Source of the DNA: Octopus vulgaris | Taxonomy: Eukaryota | NCBI GenBank assembly: GCA_951406725.2 | Contig: OX597815.1 | Coordinates: forward strand, 77,996,001 to 78,060,000 | DNA: 64,000 nucleotides | Direction of reading: 5' to 3' | In this document: piece by piece, positions 38,986 to 51,756 of the stretch | Position numbering within the stretch: the first letter of the stretch is position 1 | How the letters are laid out: every line of letters starts with the position of its first letter | Made by a program: the position numbers and the translations under genes | The notes under the pieces: model-generated | Database searches by the model: none | What the model saw: only the letters and a program-made list of their open reading frames with translations | What the model was told of the DNA's origin: nothing

Positions 38986-39836
38986 TATATATAAACCTCA
39001 CTAACTTCACCTCATTATCTTTGTTACCAACTCCATTAATCCTTTTATTATCATATTTCTATTTACCCTGCTTTTCCTTCAGTTAATTCTGGAAATAATG
39101 ATGGATTTAGCAAAATAACTGTCATTATTAAGCTGAAATTTTGCTAGAAGGTTTTAATTCAAAACAGGAAGTTTGTGTCAGACAAAGGATGTTCTCAAAT
39201 GGGTTGGTATCAAAACGATTAAGAGAGCTTAAATAGGCCTTGGAAATACACCCCTTCCTCACAGATAAACAAATAAAAAGACAGCTGGCACATCTTGAAT
39301 ATATAAAAGAACTAATGTATTGGTTGCCATCATTGTTTTATGACTGTGCTGTAGTTGCATTAAATGGAGTAAATGGTAAAAACTGAGGATGGAATGGAAT
39401 GATAAAAGACTAATGACAGTGTGTCTTGCACTTAATTCTTTAAACAAACAGATTGCAGAACAGACATAAAATGATGATGATAGCGATACTGATATATATA
39501 TATAATACTCTTTAACAAAATATTTACTACCAGTGAGGGTACAATGCCAGCTGGTTATAGTGTTGCACTCATGATTGCTAGATCATGGTTTCAATTCCTG
39601 GACTGGGTGGTGCATTGTTTTTTTTTGAGGAAAACACTTCATCCCACATTACTCCAGTTCACTCAATTGTAAATGAGTAACCCCACTCCTCATAACAAGC
39701 AAGCATCCCATTCAAGGGGAATGTAATCTTGATCACTCATACACCATGGAAACCAGCCCTATGCATCCTGGATCTTGAGACAGTAAATATCCAAAGATTG
39801 ATGGATGGTATTTTGTACTCTATCAAAGTCTCTTAC

Positions 39837-40039
39837 CGTAGGGTTGACATCTAAAACACACATCTTTGAAGAATTGATAACATCCAATATTGTTTCAATC
39901 TTGGTGCCATACAAATTGCCATTGTATTCGCCATGTTCAAGGAATTTCTCATTTCTTATTTCTTCTTCCATTACTTCTCGTTCCATGAAAAAGTAACCCT
40001 GGCCATGTTTCTCTCCATCTCGGGGAGCCCTAGAAGTAT
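39837..40039 (-). CDS. MPP6: MAGUK GK-domain exon
   Basis: ggtttccag|(H)TSRAPRDGEKHGQGYFF...FLEHGEYNGNLYGTKIETILDVINSSKMCVLDVNPT|gtaaga, 203 nt. Confidence 0.95.
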
Positions 40040-43023
40040 CTGGAAACCAAAAACAGAATAGAAATTAAATGCTAATTAATTAATAATTATCCTAAAATGT
40101 TCTTTAACCCAAGTCACTTCTAATCAAAGAAACCTATGAACAAAGATATTCCAGATGTAATCACCAATGTTCCCTATAAACTGTGCATTCAGAAATAAGC
40201 ACGTCTTACAACTAAGAAAGAAAAAAATGTGCACATATTTTGCAGAGGAAGACAATTTGCACATAGGTAAAGTTCTGCACATCTACATATTTCCTGTGGC
40301 TACCATTTCTGTCTTAATTTATTGTCACTTTCTTATTTCTTTATTGCCCACAAGGGGCTAAACATAGAGGGGACAAACAAGGACAGACAAAGGGATTAAG
40401 TTGATTACATTGACTCCAGTGCGTAACTGGTACTTAATTTATTGACCCCGAAAGGATGAAAGGCAAAGTCAACCTTAGTGGAATTTGAACTCAGAATGTA
40501 ATGGCAGACGAAATACCGCTAAGGATTTTGTCCGGCGTGCTAATGTTTCTGCCAGCTCGCCACCTTCTGCTTCATCTTTTAACCTTGCAGTGTACCTGAA
40601 CACTGCATGATATAAGCACAAAACCATTAGTATGCTGGACAAAATGCTTAGCAAGGTGTCAACTTTGCCTTCCATCCTTTCATAATCAATAAAAATAAGT
40701 ACCAGTTGAATACTGGAGTCGATATAATCAACATATTCCCTCCTCAAAAATTTCAGGCCTTGTGCCTATGGTTGAAAGGATTATCATCATCATAATTCTC
40801 ATGAAGAATTAGTGTGATAGTGTCCATCCAACATGCTTCCATAGATACTCTTTGGCAAATTTTATTCACAAGACTTCAGTTAAGCTGAAGATATGGTAGA
40901 AGACATTTTCCCAAGGTGCTGAGCAATGGGACTTAAATTATAACCTCATGGTTGAGAAGTCAAATTCTTAACCACTTAGCCATCCCATTAGGTAAACACA
41001 CACACTTCTTCAAAATTTACTAAATTAGAGTTCAAATGTGTTATTAATAATTTAATTGTAATTGGATGCATTGACAAAATTAAATTTGAAAACCAATAAA
41101 CTTTGCTTGCAAAGACCTGTTGAGGCAAGTGAAATCAAAATCGCTGACATGGCCAATGACAGTACCGCCTGATTGGCACTCATGCCAGTAGAACATTAAA
41201 AACACTATCCGAACCAGGGCCGCTGACTAGCTCTCATGCTATTCAAGCATGATCGTTACCTTACTGGCACATGTGCTGGTGGCATGTGAAAAACATTCAA
41301 GTGCCACCGGACTGGCTCCCGTGCAGGTAGCATATAAAAACACCTTTTGAACATGGTCACTGCCAGAACCACCTGACTGGCCCTCGTACCAACGGCACGT
41401 AAAAGCACCCACCACACTCTTGGAGTGGTAGGTGTTAGTAAGGGAATCCAGCTGTAGAAACCTTGCCAGATCAGATTGGAGCCTGGTGCAGCTTTCTGGT
41501 TCGCCAGTCCTCATTGAAACCATCAAACTCATTGCCAGCATGGAAAGCGGGTATTAAATGACAATGCTGATGAAAGTTTATTGTTTAAATTCTATTTACA
41601 TTAAAATATTAGAATGGATATAAAGAGCTTAGGAAAGAGAAAGAAAATATGATAATCATCTTGTATATTCTCTATATAACTACACCAGCATTTTGTTGAA
41701 ATGCAAACATGTATTCACTGATCAATTCCATGTTAACAATGGATATAATTTAATAAATAAACAAATTTATACAGATTCTCATAAATATATCAATACAACA
41801 TTGATCAAATACACCTAGATTTACTGAGATAGTCTCAAAATTTTTTAGAACACATTTTAATTACTAATCTATTGTATACATACACACACACATCTACACA
41901 TATACATACATGCACACATCACTATAGGGTTGGATTTTGATGGTGCTCCAGCCTTTTATCTTTCAGTCACAAAGAGAAGCAGTGCTCATGACCTTTTAAA
42001 GGGTATTCCCCCCTCCTGGGGTCTACTAAAGACACCCAAGATGCCAAGTGATGGTATTAAACTAAATGATGGATTATGTCTGCCACCTAAGTAGCCCATA
42101 GACGGACTTGAACTCAGAATGTAAAGAAGTGGAACAAATACTGAAAGCCACCCAGTATGACTTTCTTACAGTTCTGCCACTCCTGAAGAATGAAAAGCAA
42201 AATTGACTTTGGCTGTATTTGAACTCAGAGTAGCTGTCAGAACAATGCTACTAGGAATTCTATCCCACTTTCTAATGAATGTCAATTAGCCACCTTATAG
42301 GAGTATCAATAATTCCACCATCCTTCAAATTTTAGATGCAAATATTTTTAGGTACATCACACCACCTCATTTAACACTACAACCTGATCCATGAGTACTT
42401 CACACTGTAGCAAATTTAGAAACCAAGCTCCTAAGAAGGTATTAACATAACATTATGATGCACCAAGATCCACTACACTTTCCTAGAAGCTCTCTCTTCT
42501 TCTTTAACATTTGTGGACTGATCCAATATAGACCCTCACATCATTGCCTACTAACACACAAATTCCTCATTCCTATTCATGATACAAGTTACTCAATCCC
42601 TGTCTATAACCCACCTCTACTGTCCAGATTTCACTCTATACTAAAACCTTACCCAAAAAGCTCTGAATGTCTGCATTTACAGATATCTCCATTCTTGCTA
42701 CTAATCTCGCTCACCTGGAAATTAGCAACAAAGATCCCCATTTACACTGGCTCTAAGTCTTCCCCACCCCAAGACCATCCAGTCATTTTCAAGAGAGTAC
42801 ATTAGCCAAACTAGGAACTCATCCAATCTGTGATGTGAGGGAGATTTGGCTATTATTTCTAATAGATCAAGTGATCAAATAGATGCTCATTCAAGTAAAT
42901 ATTCACAACTTAAATTGTATAGACTTATTGTATTACCAATAAGTCTCTGAAGTTTATGAAAACACTTAACACCACATATATTGGAATATTTATTGAAATA
43001 TCAGTAAGAGTGATTCTACTTAC

Positions 43024-43185
43024 GAGGCATGGCAGCAGCAAATAACCTGGGATCATTTTTTATCAGCCGTTCTTTTAATGATCGACGTCCAACACCCGTT
43101 GCACCAACCAGTACTAAAGTCTTTCGTTGAAACTGGGGCATTTTAATAACCTCTTCATAAATCATCAAGTCACAGGCATCAAAAT
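43024..43185 (-). CDS. MPP6: MAGUK HOOK-end and GK P-loop exon
   Basis: ttctttcag|(D)FDACDLMIYEEVIKMPQFQRKTLVLVGATGVGRRSLKERLIKNDPRLFAAAMP|gtaagt, 162 nt. YEEV..MP.FQRKTLVL.GA.GVGRRSLK fits MPP2/MPP6. Confidence 0.95.
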
Positions 43186-44756
43186 CTGAAAGAACAGATA
43201 TGTGCTAACTAAAAACAAATAGGGACAAAAAAATGACATTTTGATAATAAGTTGAATTACAGCAACATCTAAGGATTAAAGGCAGCACTCATGACATTTA
43301 TACAGATTATCCAAGACTAGTGGGAAAAGGAAAGGAAATCTTCAATCTAGAGACCTAACTTAAATATGGACAACAGAGTGGATCCTGCTAAAGATATCAA
43401 AATACCAGATGGTGGTGGTGTTAGACTAGATGATGTGTAGTGTCTACCACCTCAAAAAGGAACAGTCTTTGACAATTCTATACAGTCCCTGTCAACTAAA
43501 TTTCACTTGCAAGGTTTTGGTCAACCCAAGGTCCCAGAAGACATTTTCTCAAGGTGCTGCACAGTGAGTTTGAACCAAAAATCACATAGCTGTGAGGGTG
43601 ATTTCTTAACCACACTACCAATTTTCTTACAATATTACTATTGTTGCACAAACTGTACAGACCTAAGAAAAAATGCAATCCAGCTTTAACCATCCTGTCT
43701 TCATCAAAGTATGTAGGACTATTAAATGTATCCTCTTAGTGTGATTTAAGGAAAGTTTCTTGCATGTTAAATGGCTTTTAAGACAATGCAACAAAGAAGA
43801 GAAAGTATATTCTTCATTAAAACCACTTTTTGGAACCAATTTATTAACTAACACGTAACTTTGTTCTGTTAAACACTAGGTACATCATTATTCAACATTA
43901 CCATACTACTGTATATGGTTCAATTAAAAGATAGATAAATTAGTTGCTTGTTGAACTTATCTCTACAAATTTTCTATAGAAATTATAGCCAGCACTAATT
44001 TGTTGCATTTCATATCCAAATATGTCTGATGTAAACAACAAAAATGAGAAATACATAATGGGTGTACATGCATATTTCAGGAGTTCTTGCTCCTTCTTCA
44101 GCACCACATCCAATCCATTAACCATCCACAAACTCATTGCTTAAATAGACACTAAACATAGCAGTGTAACATTGGATATACCAATTTTACATAGGTGGGA
44201 TGGCTTGGACAGCTTGACTGATAAATCAATGATTTGTAAAATATTTTATACAATCACTCATGGAGTGGTTGGCGTTATGAAGGGCATCCAGCTGTAGAAA
44301 CACTGCCAGATCAGACTGGAGCATGGTGCAGCCTCCTGGCTTTCCAGACCCTGGTCAAACCGTCCAACCTATGCTAGCATGGAAAACAGATGTCAAACGA
44401 TGATGATAAAATAGTACTTTTATTGAGTTATTAAAAAGAAATTAAATAAAATGATGATCTTTAGCAAAACTTACTCTGCATCATCATCATTTAATGTTTG
44501 GATTCCATGGATTGCATAGTTTAAGAGGGTTTAATGAGTCAGATGATTGTATCATGCACCAATATCTGCTCTGGCACAGTTTCTATGGTTGGATACTTTT
44601 CTTAATGCCAACCAGTGTACTGGATGCATTTTTCATTGCACCAGCACTAAGTAAAAATAGCCTTATAAGTCACAAGGCCCTAAAAGTGGCCTCTAAAAAC
44701 TGAATACGTTTTGTATAAAACAGAATTTCATGTAAACACAATAGTATATATCATAC

Positions 44757-44810
44757 CTTTGTTGTTCTTGGTACTGTATTTCACTTTCTTTTTCCTCCTC
44801 AAACCGCAAA
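44757..44810 (-). CDS. MPP6: MAGUK HOOK exon (basic, band 4.1-binding-type motif)
   Basis: cacttcag|(F)CGLRRKKKVKYSTKNNK|gtatga, 54 nt, phase 1/1. Confidence 0.88.
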
Positions 44811-46453
44811 CTGAAGTGTAAAAAAGTAGAGAAGCAAATGTAAACAAAAATGCCGATATGACAAAAAAAAAAGATTTAGTTAATACGACATTACTAAGGA
44901 GAAGCAATGTATCTTTTAGTTTGAAAGAAGAAAAAAAAGAAAGAAAATTCTTAAGTCTACTTTTAGAGATGTTGATAGTCATACACTGAGGCACAATGCA
45001 TATGTCAACATTTTGTGGTACATATTTATATAGCGACCAACTTGATTGATACTGGGGTTAGCTTTTTTGAGGAAACTGAGGCCTTCAAAATGAAACTATT
45101 TTACTCTGAAAATATAGATTTGTTAGCATAAAGTTCTAGCAAGCAACAGTAATAGATTATTTGATAATTTAAACATTTGTATAAGCTGGTAATCCATGAC
45201 AGACTGAGGCAGGTACATAATAACCCCATATATAACAAAAACAAAGAGAGAAATACAGATAAAAATGGTTTAAATCTTTGTTACATCTTTTTGTTGCTTC
45301 TTTCAATCAGCAGAAGATATTTATGGTTGGTAGATTTTTCAAAATAAATTACACCTCCAATATAAGTAGCTCTTTTTTAAAGACCATTTTAAAAATGTCC
45401 TCTCTCTCTCTCTCTCTCTCTAACTGGTAATTTTTACATTGGAATAAATAATGTCAATGTTTCAGAATAGCCTCTACTTTTTGACTCATAGAAATTCTTT
45501 CCTATTTTCCACTGCCACATATATGGATAGCTTATTACCATCTTCAGTTACTTTTAACAAATCTTAACTTGATTAACACATTATCTGATGTAAACAATTA
45601 TGTACAGATAAATATGGAGTTTAGAATTCATATTCTTTATCAATATTTTGTTGTAACCCAATAAAGAAGATATAATTCTACATTAACTTAATAAGCTGTC
45701 AAAAGTAGTCAGCAAATCTGAGATCAGTATCAGCAATACACCTGAGAGAATTCTTATTTTCTCAAGTCATGTTAAAAGATAGGGAGTTGAGAATTGCCTT
45801 TATGCGACTTCAATGAACATTCTTGTTTTATATTTAAAAGCAATAGATAGCAGAAACAGTAATATTTTGCTTTATTTAGTCATTTATTTCGCATTGAATG
45901 CCTTGCTTTATCTGGTCATTTCTTTCACATTGAATTTTAAAATCCTATGAGGATTGTGTTACCTCATAGCCTTCAGCAGTTGATAAAATAATTACCAGTG
46001 ATAGGCAAAGATCAGCAAGATTAATTAAATGTGCCTTCCTCACAAATTCCTGATAGATGTTAATACTATAAATCATTTATCATTGTAAACGTCATAGTTA
46101 TAACACCCATCCACATTTTCATGCTTGCATGGGTCAGAAGGAATTAACTGAGGTAGGTTTTCTATGGCCAGATGCCCATCCTGTTGTAAAAGTTCACATG
46201 CTTTGAAGCAAATTAATATTTCCCTATGACTGGACATATTTGCATGGAAGATTGGAAATGAAGAGCACCATTCAAGAGTGAAGCTCAATTACAACTCTTA
46301 CACATGTCAAGAAAAGGAAACATAACTCACACCATTTTATGTGTATTAGACACACAACAGGCTTCTTTCAGTTTCCATGAACCAAATCTACTGGACAAGG
46401 ATTTTATAGTCACTTATTGTTATTCTCAAATAAAATACTAAAACAGGACTCAC

Positions 46454-46562
46454 AGAAACTCTTTGAATTGTCATATTCTGGGCAAACAAAAGCTTTCCTC
46501 TTTTCTTCAAGAGAGCGAGATGGTATAATGCCAGCACTTCCTTTACTATCAACTTTACGAGC
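46454..46562 (-). CDS. MPP6: MAGUK SH3 C-terminal exon
   Basis: tcttatag|ARKVDSKGSAGIIPSRSLEEKRKAFVCPEYDNSKSF|gtgagt, 109 nt; G-x-IPS..LEEKRKAF motif. Confidence 0.93.
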
Positions 46563-46699
46563 CTATAAGAATACAGAAAAAAATCAAGCAGTGTATTGAT
46601 TTCCAAGAAAAAAAACTTTCAATAAGAATTAATGAAAACAACATGGACCTGGTTACACAAGGTAGTAAAATCAAAGACAAACTCGACATAAACATTCAA

Positions 46700-47430
46700 A
46701 ACAGTTTGCTTCCCAACCATATTATTCTGGATTCAGTCCCACTGCGTGGCACCTTGGGCAAGTGCTTTCTACTATAGCCTTGGGCTGACCAAAGCCTTGA
46801 GTGGATTTGGTAGAAAGAAACTGAAAGATGCCTATTGTGTGTGTGTGTGTTTGTGTGTATGTATGTATGTGTATATATATATGAAGGCACATGGTTTAGT
46901 GGTTAGGGTATTTGGTTTGCAATCGTAGGGTTGTTAGTTCGATTTCTAGCAGTGCGTTGTCTCCTTGAGCAAAACGCTTTATTTCATGGTGCTCCAGTCC
47001 ACTCAGCTGGCAAAAATGAGTAGCACCTGTACTTCAAGGGCCCAGCTTTGTCACACTGTCTTATGCTGAATCTCCCTAAGAAGTATGTGAAGGGGTACGC
47101 ATGTCTGGAGTGCTCAGCCACTTGCATATTAATCACACAAGCAAGCTGTTCTGTTGATCGGATCAACTGGAATCATCATTGTGGTAAGCGATGGTGTGTC
47201 AGTATATATTTATTTATTCATGTGTGTCTGTGTCTGCCCCCACCCCGCCACCTCACTTGACAACCTATGTTGGTGTGTTTACATCCCTGTAACTTAGTGG
47301 TTCGGCAAAAGATACCAATAGAATAAGTACCAGGCTTACAAAGAATAAATCCTGGGGTCGATCTCTTCGACTAAAAGGCAGTGCTCCAGCATGGCCACAG
47401 TCAAATGACAAATAAGTAAAAGAATAAAAT
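46700..47430 (+). mobile_element. Family-2 SINE interrupted by a family-3 SINE (46883-47200)
   Basis: The 5' half (ttcagtcccactgcgtggcaccttgggcaag) and 3' half (cttgacaacc...gtgctccagcatggcc) of family 2 are split inside the central microsatellite. Confidence 0.8.
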
Positions 47431-48674
47431 ATAAATGTTGTATAATTTTATTGAAGTCTACTTGAGAACATCAATAACACATTTAGGATTAACTCATTGT
47501 CTTGATTTAATTAAATTTACTAATTTTTAGTCTAGCCTGAAATGCTGACAGTAGTAACTTTCTCAGGCTATCATTCATTAAAAGATAGTACGTGCACTAT
47601 CTTTTAATGAATAGTGAGTCTAATAACATCATCAGTGTTGTCTGGCCCCAGGATAGCTGTGACCTAGTTAATCAGTGATCAAAGGTATTTCAGCTATGAT
47701 AATTAGCCCCAGGGCAGCTTTGACCTAGTAGATCAGTGATGGAAGATATTTCAGCTATGATAATCCAGTCTTTTTTTTTCTTTTCTCTCAGTCATAGTGT
47801 ATCTAAAATTGTCCTTCCATTTTTAAAATAGTAAGATGTGATTTGAGATATTTGATTATATTTTTAACACAGCTAGCAACTATCTAAAAGCTCCCTCATT
47901 GGCCCAAGCAATATCAATTTATTCAATAGGTTTTAATATAAGTATTAGAACAAAACTTAAAATATTTAAATTATCTTGTAATTGACATTATTTTCTTCTC
48001 ATTAAAAGATGGTAAATTTCTTTATCAGCTGATCATAATTGATAATCAAATAGGTTTTGAACTATCAAAATGATGACTCTCCACTGAGGGTAAATTAATC
48101 ACTCAGAAGTAGCAAAATATATATTTGAATGCAACATATTTTCTCTTATTGTCAATCTAAGTAATCAAACAAGGTTGCTTCTTTTTTTTTTCTCATTTAC
48201 ATATGTTAACATAAGTCGAATATACACTCAGCAGCATGCATGTTTATACACACACAGAGTAAGTTAGTGAGAGCCAAATAAGCTCAGTACAGATAACAGA
48301 GTAGTGTTCAAGAAGGTGAACTTAAGTTCTGGCATTCATTCAGGGCAAGGCCAACAGTATCAAGAGTGTCTATAAGAGAAATCCATATCGAGCTGATATG
48401 CAGATAGTAAGGTAGATAAACACAATTAGACTTGACGCATATACTTACAAAGAGAACAAAAAATACAGATTATAAAATAAAGGAAAAAATATTGAGAAAT
48501 AATGTAATGTTATCTCAACAGCTTATTTCAAGAAGCCAAGGGTTACATAGTAACCATAATTTTCAGGTGATATGAACATAATGTCGTTGGTATGTAACCA
48601 GTGATCAGAAAACATTACAGTAAGTCTGGCTTCCCTTTTCAAGAAAAGATTTTATATATAAATAAATATATAGG

Positions 48675-49070
48675 TGCAGGAGTGGCTGTGTGGTGAGTAG
48701 CTTGCTAACCAACCACATGGTTTCGGGTTCAGTCCCCAATGCATGGCATCTTGGGCAAGTGTCTTCTGCTATAGCCCCGGGCCGACCAATGCCATGTGAG
48801 TGGATTTGGTAGACAGAAACTGAAAGAAGCCTGTCGTATATATGTATATGTATATATACATGTGTGTGTTTGTGTGTCTGTGTTTGTCCCCCTAGCATTG
48901 CTTGACAACCGATGCTGGTGTGTTTACGTCCCTACCACTTAGCGGTTCGGCAAAAGAGACCGATAGAATAAGTACTGGGCTTACAAAGAATAAGTCCCGG
49001 GATCGATTTGCTCAACTAAAGGTGGTGCTCCAGCATGGCCACAGTCAAATGACTGAAACAAGTAAAAGAG
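48675..49070 (+). mobile_element. tRNA-derived SINE, family 2, near full length
   Basis: ggagtggctgtgtgg...gggttcagtccc head, central (TA/TG)n, end gactgaaacaagtaaaagag. Copies at 51870-52245, 7050-7215, 37690-37800(-) and 52260-52360(-). Confidence 0.85.
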
Positions 49071-49424
49071 TATATATAACCTTTGGACAATCCTAACATT
49101 TATAATCAACATGTGCTTACAAATACATAAATACATGGTAAATACAGGCATGCATATATAATGAATATGCTTCTTTGCTTCTTACAGTTTTCATCAACCA
49201 AAGCATCTCATTCACAAGATACTGGTCAACCCACTGCTGTAGTAGGGGACATTAGCCAACAGTACCCATGTAGTGGGAGTGAATCCCAAACTGCATAATG
49301 CTACACAGTTGTGCCTGTGCTTATAAATTATAATTTATTAATATTTGAAGTAAAACTAGACAAAGTCTAAAAGAATATATCAAAATATTCTAATATATAT
49401 ATCCAAAGTTAGACTTTAGCTTAC

Positions 49425-49556
49425 CTGCCACCAATTAGCATCATTTTGGCTCAAAATCTCCAAGATATCTCCATCCTTGAATGGTAATCCTGCTTCTTTA
49501 CAAGGTATAAGCCGATCTCGCATTGGATCATAATTAAAATGAGTTTTGATAAACAG
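49425..49556 (-). CDS. MPP6: MAGUK SH3 N-terminal exon
   Basis: attttag|[44 protein letters not shown]|gtaagc, 132 nt; LIPCKEAGL and WWQ signatures. Confidence 0.95.
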
Positions 49557-50896
49557 CTAAAATTTTCAAAAAATAAAAAATAGCATTAATAATAAAGTAT
49601 ACAACTTAAAACTTTTAGGATATCTGTGTTAAATAGAGTTGTTTATGTATGTGTGAGAGAGAGGGAGGAGGAGAGAACAAGAAACGGAGTTACATCAAAA
49701 GGACAAAAGGAATACCTAGTTTCAAATAAATGAATAAACTTTACTATATGCATTGAGTACTTTTCCTCCTATTTGTAAATTGAAGCACACTGACACACAT
49801 CATATAGATTTATATAGTCTTTGAACAATCCAATCAACATGTGCTTACACATACATAAATATATAGTAAATACGTGCATACACAAATGATAGTTTAGCTT
49901 CAGCTAGTGATTAAGAGAAACTAATTACAACAATAAAACTTAGAACTAATACTAATTAACATTATAAATAACCATGATTAGTTTCACTGATGATTCTAAC
50001 TACAATAATAGAATTAATTTTTTTTTTCTAATACACTTGCACTATGTGAAATGGTGTCATGCTGTAAATAGAGTAAAAGTTCATTATTTTAGATTGAGAA
50101 AATTAATGTTCTTATATTAAAAATAAAAAATAGAAAGTTTTTAAAATATATATTTTCATTGTCTGAAATAGATTAATATTTTGTAATTGGCAGAGTATTC
50201 TATATTTTGGTACTGGGAATTGATGCATCTACAACCAGCACTCACTTATACTTGGTAACTATTGAAAAGTGAGGAATCATGATCCATTTCCAATAAATTC
50301 TAGGTTTTATTTCTAATATTTAGGCATTGGCAGAGAACAACAGCATGGTAAATATTGGTTTCTAACAAAAACACTAAGATCACATATTTCCATGAGGAAA
50401 AGTCTAGATGATACAAGTGACATCAATATATTATTGGTCTTTACTTCATTGGTTTCTGAAGAAAGAAAGACACTGATGACATAGATAGGATTTCAAATCA
50501 GAATGTAAAGAAACACGACTAAAAACTATAAAGAATCTTGTTTGGAGTGCAATCAGTTTTGCCATCTCAAGCAACATTGTCATTTTTATGTAAATACAGT
50601 AAACATTACTACAGAACTGTCTTCAAGGTATAGCAGTCTCTGTAGGTTTCTAATACCCGGATTTTGCCAAAAACCACAGTTTCTAAACTTACACTTCAAT
50701 AAATAGAAGAAATTAGCTAAGAAAAATAAACTCATATGAGCCATGGTATTGGGCATATCCATGTGATCGAGAGGTCTGCTTTTAGGATTCAGTCCCTCAG
50801 TATGGTACCTTAGGTGTTTTCTACAATCGACCCATGTTGGCCAAAGCCTTGTGGCAGAGAGAAATTGAAAGAATACTGTCATATGAGCAAATATTA

Positions 50897-50949
<53 letters not shown>

Positions 50950-51585
50950 ATGTGGAATGTGTATGTGTATTTGTTTACATTTGCAATAACTTGTTCAAAA
51001 GTATAGCAATCAATGTTGTCAGTTACTCATGTCAACAAATCACCCAAGCACATTGCACTTTTGCAGCTGTGTGGAATAAGTGATGACTAAAAAAAGAAAA
51101 TTGGGAGGATTAGCAAGAGGATGAGCATCCAGTTGTAAAACAATGCTTCAGATAAGATTCATCAAACCCATGCAAGTATGATTAAACAGATGTAAAATGA
51201 ATGAAGATAAGGCCTAGTGTACTGAATGGTGGATACAAAAACTGAAAGCAAGTCCCTTGCTTGCAAAGATCAAACTTTCCTTCTAAATATAAAGTAATAT
51301 GAAGAATTGGTCAGGTTGTTAGATCATCCAATAGAAGGTTTCAAAGTATTTATTCTATTTCTGTGTTCTGAGTTCAAATCCCACTGTTAACTTTACAACC
51401 AAACTGGGGCACCACCTTGAAGGCTTTGTTAAGCTGAACAAATCAACCACAGGACTTATTTTTTAAGCCTAGTACTTAGTCTATCAGTCTCTTTTGCTGA
51501 ACTACTAAGTTACATGGATGTAAACATGTAAACACACCAACACCGGTTGTCAAGTGGTGGAGAAGGGACAGACACAGAAAACACA

Positions 51586-51616
<31 letters not shown>

Positions 51617-51676
51617 CATACACACAGACATACACATGATACTGGAAAAAACAAAGGTTATGTAATGAACTTCATT

Positions 51677-51756
51677 AGCTCACAGCTGTTTCTGCTATAA
51701 GATATGGTGGACTCATAGTTAGCACCTGGATAACATCCTACAGCTTCATAAGAGCC
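51677..51756 (-). ncRNA. Degenerate type I hammerhead motif of a second Penelope-like family
   Basis: Minus strand: ggct CTTATGA a gctgtaggat...atcttatagc a GAAA cagctg TG agct. Palindromic ACAGCTGT stem III; the core G5 and the cleavage triplet are mutated. Confidence 0.5.

Noticed and set aside
42455-42805. 116-aa ORF, possible LINE endonuclease relic
   Set aside because: Only a vague NICGL-type similarity; it is antisense within an intron and no catalytic motifs are recognisable.
43085-43110. Active guanylate kinase or P-loop NTPase
   Set aside because: GATGVGRR lacks the canonical GK(S/T), as expected for the catalytically inactive GK domain of MAGUKs.
46883-46955. tRNA gene-like sequence (also at 1047 and 48675)
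   Set aside because: A and B boxes are present but the cloverleaf is not intact and a SINE body follows; these are SINE heads.
47644-47765. Tandem duplication of about 61 bp
   Set aside because: A simple local duplication within what looks like a decayed repeat; no further structure.
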